Below are positions 58,268 to 64,000 of a stretch of DNA of 64,000 nucleotides, one piece after another. Position numbers and translations under genes: made by a program. The stretch's first letter is position 1; every line of letters starts with the position of its first letter. The DNA lies in the NCBI GenBank assembly GCA_965206845.1, contig OZ242221.1, positions 928,001 to 992,000 on the forward strand. Reading direction: 5' to 3'. Source of the stretch: Cenarchaeum sp. Lineage in GTDB: Archaea > Thermoproteota > Nitrososphaeria > Nitrososphaerales > Nitrosopumilaceae. A model generated the notes under the pieces. It made no database searches and had not been told where the DNA came from. It saw only the letters and a program-made list of their open reading frames with translations.

Positions 58268-58497
58268 CGCCGCGCCACAGGTACCGTGCCCGGCACGCAA
58301 CACTTCGATGGGCTAGCTGACCTTAGGGGATGAAGACACAATGCGCGTGCCGGGCTCCTCGATACTGGGGGGCTGGCCCGCCTGTGCCGTGAGGCCCCCG
58401 CTCAGAAGGGCTCCCACACCCGGTTCGGGGCGGCGGGCGTCCAGACGCTACGTCCACATCAGAACGCTTTTATGGAAAATATAAATTTGATAATAAG

Positions 58498-58803
58498 ATG
58501 CCTAACTGCCCCGAATGCACCGCTAGAGAGAAAAAGAAGATCCAGGCGAGATACGAGGCAGAGACGCTCCTGGAGGATCGGAACAGGGATGACCTGATCA
58601 AGATGTTTGATCAGATCGAGCTGTTCATGAAGTTTGAGTCAAGGACAAAGCACTTTGTCTGTCCCAAGTGCGGCCTTTACGCAACCCGGGAACAGGTGGG
58701 TGACATCAGGGCAAAGCTCAACCAGCGCGAGTACACCAAGGAAGACAAGCAGTACGACTATCAGCAGTGGTGGCAGAAGAGCAAGAGCGAGAAGCAGGAG
58801 TAA
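58498..58803 (+). CDS. Zn-ribbon hypothetical protein
   Basis: MPNCPEC...CPKCGL; TATA-like ataaat upstream. Confidence 0.78.
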   Translation: MPNCPECTAREKKKIQARYEAETLLEDRNRDDLIKMFDQIELFMKFESRTKHFVCPKCGLYATREQVGDIRAKLNQREYTKEDKQYDYQQWWQKSKSEKQE

Positions 58804-58809
58804 CGCCAC

Positions 58810-59175
58810 ATGGCCAAAGACGAGATCCCGGGCTGGATTCAGGACGAGATACGCAGCGCCAAGTTTGAGGAGCCGGAGCAGATGACTCGCACCGGATACA
58901 TACTGGACATCTTTGATGAGGACAACAAGATCGACGCGCAGTTCTACGATCCCGTAGCAGACGGCAGGCACATAATAACGCTGGACGTGCCTGGAGAGAT
59001 CGGAACCGGCACCCTGGAGAAGGGGGTGGTCTACGAGTTCAAGCTTGACTCGTGCATGGCGCCGCTGTCCGAAAAGGCGGCGCAGTTTCTCAAGGTCGAG
59101 AAGGGCATAGAGATGAATGCCATATACCAGTTCACGCTCAGGGACGCGGCTCTTCTGGAGCAGGACTCGGGCTAG
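58810..59175 (+). CDS. Hypothetical protein
   Basis: 121-aa ORF 6 nt after the previous stop. Confidence 0.72.
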   Translation: MAKDEIPGWIQDEIRSAKFEEPEQMTRTGYILDIFDEDNKIDAQFYDPVADGRHIITLDVPGEIGTGTLEKGVVYEFKLDSCMAPLSEKAAQFLKVEKGIEMNAIYQFTLRDAALLEQDSG

Positions 59176-59959
59176 ACTCTGCGGAGCCGATGCCGCGAAA
59201 CGACGAGCCCAGCATCGGGTTTATCAGGTACGGCAGGGTCTGCTTGAGCCATACCACGCCGCGAACCGTCGACGGCACGACTATCTCCAGGCGCGAGGAC
59301 GCGGATGCCTTGACTATCGCCCGGGCGACCCTCTTGGAGCTTATCGCGTAGGGCTTGCGCCGCATCTTTCCAAACGAGGAATGGTCAAAAAAGTTTGTCC
59401 GTACCGTGATCGGGCTCACAACCGTGACACCAACGCCGGTCTCGTGGAGCTCGTGCTTGAGCCCCTCAGAGAAGCCAAGCATCGCAAACTTTGAGGCGCA
59501 GTACGGCGCCATGCCGGGCAGCCCGACGCTTGCCGCAACGGATGCGACGTTTACTATGTGGCCACGGTTCCGCTTGATCATACCGGGAAGAAAGCCCTTC
59601 GTGCAGTAGACCATGCCAAAGTAGTTCGTCCTCATCTGACCCTCGATCTCCCCGACGCTCAGCTGGGAGACAGTGCCGTACACGGCATAGCCTGCATTGT
59701 TTACCAGAACGTCGACCTGGCCGAACCTGTCCAGGACCTGCCGCGCCATCTCCGAGACCTGGCCGCTGTCAGACACGTCGCATGTCATGGCCTCGGTCTT
59801 GCCGATCCCTGCAAGCTCTTCTCGCGCCCGCTCGAGCCTGTCTGCATTCCGGGATACCATGACCACGCGGGCTCCCCTGTCTGCAAACTCAAAGGCCGCT
59901 GCCGCGCCTATTCCGCTGGACGCGCCCGTGATTACCACTATCTTGTCCCTAAGATTCAC
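59138..59959 (-). CDS. SDR family oxidoreductase
   Basis: TGASSGIG, NNAG, YCASK. Confidence 0.92.
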   Translation of the reverse strand: MNLRDKIVVITGASSGIGAAAAFEFADRGARVVMVSRNADRLERAREELAGIGKTEAMTCDVSDSGQVSEMARQVLDRFGQVDVLVNNAGYAVYGTVSQLSVGEIEGQMRTNYFGMVYCTKGFLPGMIKRNRGHIVNVASVAASVGLPGMAPYCASKFAMLGFSEGLKHELHETGVGVTVVSPITVRTNFFDHSSFGKMRRKPYAISSKRVARAIVKASASSRLEIVVPSTVRGVVWLKQTLPYLINPMLGSSFRGIGSAESSPSPAPEEPRP

Positions 59960-60980
59960 TGTGTTTACTGGTGCCGGTCTTGGTATATTTGCCTAGTGCG
60001 AAGCGGAAGAGCATGACCCAGGTGACGACAATCGGGAGGTAGTATGTGGCGATCCGCCAGGCGATCACCGCGTTCCACTCCAGCGCCTCTTCTAGCACGT
60101 CAAAGTTGAAGGGATCCAGGTTGTTGATGTACGCCACTATGCCAAACTCGGTCAGGCCGGATCCGCCCACGGTGATGGGCAGGTTCCCGATGGCGTTGGC
60201 CCCCATCACCGCCATGATCGAGTCAAACGGCTCGATGGATATGCCGATCCCCGATGCGATTATCATAAACGAGATGCCGTAGAAGAACCAGGATGCCAGG
60301 GACAGCATGAATGCGTTTACAAACAGCTTCTTGGACTTGGCCGTTCCCATGTTCTCCCTGGATATGGTGCACACCTCGTCCATCCAGTGGTTGGTCTGGG
60401 TGACATATCTCTGGCCGCGCTCCTTCGCAAATCTTGCGACGAGCCGCGCAATGCCCCCGGGAACTTGGAAGGTGCGCTTTGATGACATGAAGAAGAGTAG
60501 CACCCACATGGACGTAACCGCTATGCTGGTTGCAAGTATTATGGTGGCCACTATGTACGCCCCGCTGGCGAGCGCGACGATCCCCGCAATCATGGAGAGC
60601 ACGCCCCCGGCCAGCACCTCGGTCACTATGTCAAGTATGGCAACCCACACGGCCTTGGGCGGCGGGACGCCCTTCTTGTGCAGCCAGTATATCACGACAA
60701 ACTCGGCCCCTATGAACATGGGGGTCGTGAACTTGATGAACTCGCTTCCAATCCTGATGCCGGCTATCCTCCAGATCGAGTCTATGCGGCCCACCTGGTG
60801 TCTTATTATGTAGGAGAGCTTGATGCCCTGCAGGCCCAGCTTTGCCATCATCGCCAGCGCCGCCAGGGCAAAGGGAACCGCCCCCACCGCCAGCACGTCC
60901 TCCAGGCGCACGTCAAACCGGATGATGATTACTACGATTGGGATCATGCTGGCCAGAATGGCCACGGGCCTCCAGTTCAC
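59949..60980 (-). CDS. Lysylphosphatidylglycerol synthase TM region / putative flippase (UPF0104)
   Basis: Multiple TMs; TTPMFIGAE, PITVGGSGLTE, WRIATYY. Confidence 0.82.
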   Translation of the reverse strand: MNWRPVAILASMIPIVVIIIRFDVRLEDVLAVGAVPFALAALAMMAKLGLQGIKLSYIIRHQVGRIDSIWRIAGIRIGSEFIKFTTPMFIGAEFVVIYWLHKKGVPPPKAVWVAILDIVTEVLAGGVLSMIAGIVALASGAYIVATIILATSIAVTSMWVLLFFMSSKRTFQVPGGIARLVARFAKERGQRYVTQTNHWMDEVCTISRENMGTAKSKKLFVNAFMLSLASWFFYGISFMIIASGIGISIEPFDSIMAVMGANAIGNLPITVGGSGLTEFGIVAYINNLDPFNFDVLEEALEWNAVIAWRIATYYLPIVVTWVMLFRFALGKYTKTGTSKHSES

Positions 60981-61036
60981 TCTCTGATTCGTTATCAGTT
61001 CAAATATAAGCCAATAATTGCCGACAGCAAAGAGGT

Positions 61037-61795
61037 GTGAAGCTGGTTCTTCTTGAGGGTACGGCGGGCTCTGGTAAGTCCCTTCTTGCCTCGCGGCTGA
61101 GCGACTACTATGCGAAGAATGGCGCCTTTGCCGCCACCCTCAACCTGGATCCCGGCGTGGAGGAGCTTCCCTATACCTGCGATGTGGACGTGCGTGATAT
61201 GGTCAGCACCGCATCGGTGATGCGGGACTACGGGCTGGGGCCCAACGGCGCCGTGGTAATGGCAAACGACATCATCGCATCCAGGCTGGACCAGCTGCAG
61301 GAGGAGATAGATACGATAAACCCCGAGTACCTGATAGTGGATACGCCGGGCCAGATCGAGCTGTTCGCGTACCGCATCAGCGGCCCCCTGCTGGTTCGGG
61401 AGCTGACGGCCGACCAGAAGACCGGGATATTCCTGTACGACGGGGCCCTCGTCAACACCCCGGCAAACTTTGTCTCCATTGCGCTGTTGGCCACCTCCAT
61501 CCGGCTGAGGCTGGGAATCCCGGCGGTCAACGCGGTCACAAAGACCGATCTCATCGGTGACCGGCTGGGGGAGGTCATGAGGTGGGCCTCTGACCTGTCG
61601 GCCCTGGAGGCTGCCATCGCGCAGACGTCTGACGGCGAGGCCTACTCCCTTGCGACGGGAATTCTTCGGGGACTGGATATGGGGGGCTTTGCCCAGGGAC
61701 TGGTGCCCATATCCAACGTTACGGGGGAGGGGATGCCGGAGCTGGAGGCGTCCCTGAACAGAATCATTAATCTTGGAGAGGAGGCAGGGAATTAG
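61037..61795 (+). CDS. GPN-loop GTPase
   Basis: GTAGSGKS, NLDPG, YGLGPNGA, DTPGQIELF, TKTD. Confidence 0.93.
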   Translation: MKLVLLEGTAGSGKSLLASRLSDYYAKNGAFAATLNLDPGVEELPYTCDVDVRDMVSTASVMRDYGLGPNGAVVMANDIIASRLDQLQEEIDTINPEYLIVDTPGQIELFAYRISGPLLVRELTADQKTGIFLYDGALVNTPANFVSIALLATSIRLRLGIPAVNAVTKTDLIGDRLGEVMRWASDLSALEAAIAQTSDGEAYSLATGILRGLDMGGFAQGLVPISNVTGEGMPELEASLNRIINLGEEAGN

Positions 61796-61797
61796 GC

Positions 61798-62712
61798 ATG
61801 GCCGGAATCTCGGTGAGGGCCCCCTCGTCCACCGCAAACCTGGGGCCTGGCTTTGACGTGTTTGGGCTGGCGCTAGATGCCTACTTTGACGAGGTCACCC
61901 TGGAGAGGACGGGAGGTGGAATCAGCATACTCTCCGAGGGCGGCATCCCTACGGATCCCGACAGGAACACTGCCGGCATAGTCGCAAGGGTCATGATGGA
62001 GCGGTTTGGGATCACCGGCGGGGTGGAGATCAGGATCAGAAAGGGCGTTCCCGTGGGCTTTGGCATGGGCAGCAGCGCGGCCTCGGCGGCGGCTGCCGCG
62101 GTGGCCTTTGACGGGCTGTTTGATCTGGGGCTGGACGGTGACACGCTGGTGGAGTGCGCCGGGGCCGGCGAGCGGGCCAGCGCGGGAGCCGTCCACTATG
62201 ACAACGTGGCGGCCTCGGTTCTGGGCGGTTTTGTCATAGTGAGGACCGGGCCCCTGAGCGTGATCCGGGTGGATCCGCCGGAGGATCTTGTGCTTTGCGT
62301 GGCGATTCCAGAGATGGACGTGCCGCCAAAAAAAACGCAGGTCTCCCGGGGCGCGGTTCCCGAAAGGATAGCCATGGCAGATAGCGTGCGAAACCTCGCA
62401 AATGCCGCCGCCATGGTGGCTGGGTTTCTCAGAGGGGAGCCGGAGGTGATAGGATCCGCGATACAGGATGTGATAGTGGAGCCTGCCAGAAAGCACATGA
62501 TTCCGGGCTTTGACCGGGTCAAGGGCGATGCCCTTGGGGCCGGTGCCCTGGGAGTGACCATCAGCGGAGCGGGCCCCTCTGTGATCGCACTCCTGGCAGG
62601 ATCGGCTGACAGCGGCGCCGTGGCAGATGCCATGAGGGGCGGCTTTTCATCGGCGGGCCTGGGATGCCGCACCGTGATCTGCGGGCCCAGCGGCGGGGCC
62701 AGGCCGGTATAG
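61798..62712 (+). CDS. thrB: Homoserine kinase
   Basis: APSSTANLGPGFD, PVGFGMGSSAAS, HYDNVA, ISGAGPS. Confidence 0.95.
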   Translation: MAGISVRAPSSTANLGPGFDVFGLALDAYFDEVTLERTGGGISILSEGGIPTDPDRNTAGIVARVMMERFGITGGVEIRIRKGVPVGFGMGSSAASAAAAAVAFDGLFDLGLDGDTLVECAGAGERASAGAVHYDNVAASVLGGFVIVRTGPLSVIRVDPPEDLVLCVAIPEMDVPPKKTQVSRGAVPERIAMADSVRNLANAAAMVAGFLRGEPEVIGSAIQDVIVEPARKHMIPGFDRVKGDALGAGALGVTISGAGPSVIALLAGSADSGAVADAMRGGFSSAGLGCRTVICGPSGGARPV

Positions 62713-62717
62713 CGGCG

Positions 62718-63419
62718 ATGCGCATGGAAAAGGCAGTAGTCATATTCAGCGGTGGTGCAGACTCGGTCTGCAGCGCGGCGCACCTTGGCTCGACATACGA
62801 CCTCTACGGAATCACCTTCTCCTACGGACAGAGGGCGGGCCGGGAGGTGGAGGTGGCGAGGACGTTTGCGGATGCGCTCGACTTCAGGCAGCACAAGATC
62901 GTGGACATCGGCTTCATGAAGGATCTCTACGCGGGAACAAACGTGCTGACCGACGCAGACAGGCAGGTTCCCGAGGAGTTTGACTACACCATCGTGGTTC
63001 CGATTCGCAATGCTGTGTTTTTGACCATCGCCTCGACGTGGGCATACACCCTCAACGCCCCGCTGGTGGCATACGGCGCCCACACCGGAGACGAAAACTA
63101 TCCGGACTGCCGGCCATCCTTTGCCCGCATGCTGGAGGCGGCGCTGAACCACGGGGAGGCAGACGGAATCCGGTCACGGGTACGCCGGAGGATAGAGATC
63201 TGGAGCCCCTTCCAGCAGGGACTCTCAAAGAGCGATCTGCTCGGTATGGGGCACGAGATACTGGGAGACAGGATCTTTGAGACATGGAGCTGCTATCTGG
63301 GCGGCAAGGTTCACTGTGGGCGGTGTGAGTCGTGCATGAACAGAAGGAACTCGTTTGCCACTGCCGGAATACAGGACAGAACCCCGTATGCCCAGCCTAT
63401 CCGAGAATCTTCTTCTTGA
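62718..63419 (+). CDS. queC: 7-cyano-7-deazaguanine synthase
   Basis: FSGGADS, YGQR, VPIRN, YPDCR, TWSCY, HCGRCESC. Confidence 0.95.
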   Translation: MRMEKAVVIFSGGADSVCSAAHLGSTYDLYGITFSYGQRAGREVEVARTFADALDFRQHKIVDIGFMKDLYAGTNVLTDADRQVPEEFDYTIVVPIRNAVFLTIASTWAYTLNAPLVAYGAHTGDENYPDCRPSFARMLEAALNHGEADGIRSRVRRRIEIWSPFQQGLSKSDLLGMGHEILGDRIFETWSCYLGGKVHCGRCESCMNRRNSFATAGIQDRTPYAQPIRESSS

Positions 63420-63741
63420 GGACAAGTCCCCGGATAATCAGGTACCAGCCGCCAAAGATTGCGCCCATGATGCTGTAGAAGATCCAGTTGGACATTGATA
63501 TTATGGGCGCCGTGATCTCGCTGCCCAGCGCCACGAACTCGTCAGAGTGTATGTTGATTGCCTCCCACGACTCGAGCACGTTGGAGTATCCCAGGGACCA
63601 GGCCACGCCGCCAAGGATGTAGTCTGAGATCTCGCGGGCCAGCAGCAGGGATACCGCCAGGACTATTCCAAACTCGATGACGTACCATGTCCAGCCGGGC
63701 CACGACTCCTTTGGAATGTGAACGTTGTTGTGTGCTCCCAC
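63397..63741 (-). CDS. Small membrane protein
   Basis: Two hydrophobic segments and a basic C-terminus. Confidence 0.65.
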   Translation of the reverse strand: MGAHNNVHIPKESWPGWTWYVIEFGIVLAVSLLLAREISDYILGGVAWSLGYSNVLESWEAINIHSDEFVALGSEITAPIISMSNWIFYSIMGAIFGGWYLIIRGLVLKKKILG

Positions 63742-63792
63742 AAGCTCACTCAGACGACACTCTGTATTTATTTTTTGAGAAAGCGGATGCCG

Positions 63793-64000
63793 CTAGATGT
63801 CTTCGGCGGGCCTGCGTATCATGGCCACGATGGCCTCCTTCTCCTCCCTGCTCTCATATATGCCCCGGAACACCGATGTGGCCATCCGTGCGTCGTTTCT
63901 GACGCCCCTCATCTTCATGCATAGGTGCTCTGCCTCCACAAGGACCGCAACCCCCTTGACGCCCTGGGCCTGCATCTCGTTGGCGATGCTCCGGGTCATC
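63793..64000 (-). CDS. folE: GTP cyclohydrolase I, C-terminal part, truncated by window end
   Basis: GVAVLVEAEHLCMKMRGV, TSVFRG. Confidence 0.9.
   Translation of the reverse strand, partial: MTRSIANEMQAQGVKGVAVLVEAEHLCMKMRGVRNDARMATSVFRGIYESREEKEAIVAMIRRPAEDI

Noticed and set aside
58270-58470. RNase P or SRP RNA in the GC-rich intergenic region
   Set aside because: The conserved RNase P P4 motifs and the SRP helix 8 motif were not found.
1-64000. CRISPR array or cas genes near the TnpB (Cas12-like system)
   Set aside because: No regularly spaced repeat-spacer array and no cas1/cas2 seen anywhere in the window.

Overview
This is a GC-rich chromosome segment from an archaeon of the Nitrososphaerota (Thaumarchaeota). 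The gene content looks like Nitrosopumilaceae; a host-associated lineage is possible but cannot be shown from this window. Most genes are core housekeeping: PolD DP2 C-terminus, glyA, thermosome, two glnA, GINS, TFB, prs, rnz, cca, mtnA, pelota, priS/priL, nfo, glyS, cbiT/L/F, cdvB, phosphomevalonate dehydratase subunits, nth, sat/cysH/cysC, thrB, queC, folE and tRNA-Pro(GGG). The main result is a set of mobile elements. (1) A 2.18-kb transposase-less element (44386-46566) encodes a large TnpB with an intact RuvC triad. It is bounded by 20-bp terminal inverted repeats (TIRs, GGGAATTATAT...AGTG) and a perfect 8-bp target-site duplication (TSD, AATCACAA), which classical IS200/IS605 and IS607 TnpB elements do not have. 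(2) A 706-bp derivative with the same TIR family (10659-11364) carries the tnpB 3'-end sequence, an inverted tnpB RuvC-I fragment and a ~98% identical captured piece of the neighbouring tfb gene, itself split by a nested MITE. (3) At least two more dispersed MITE families are present. Other points of interest are a KamA + GlnA2 + MscS cluster (possible osmolyte module), a Cys-to-Ser glutamate racemase homolog, an unannotated 43-aa Zn-finger ORF, a frameshifted glycosyltransferase and a candidate K-turn sRNA.
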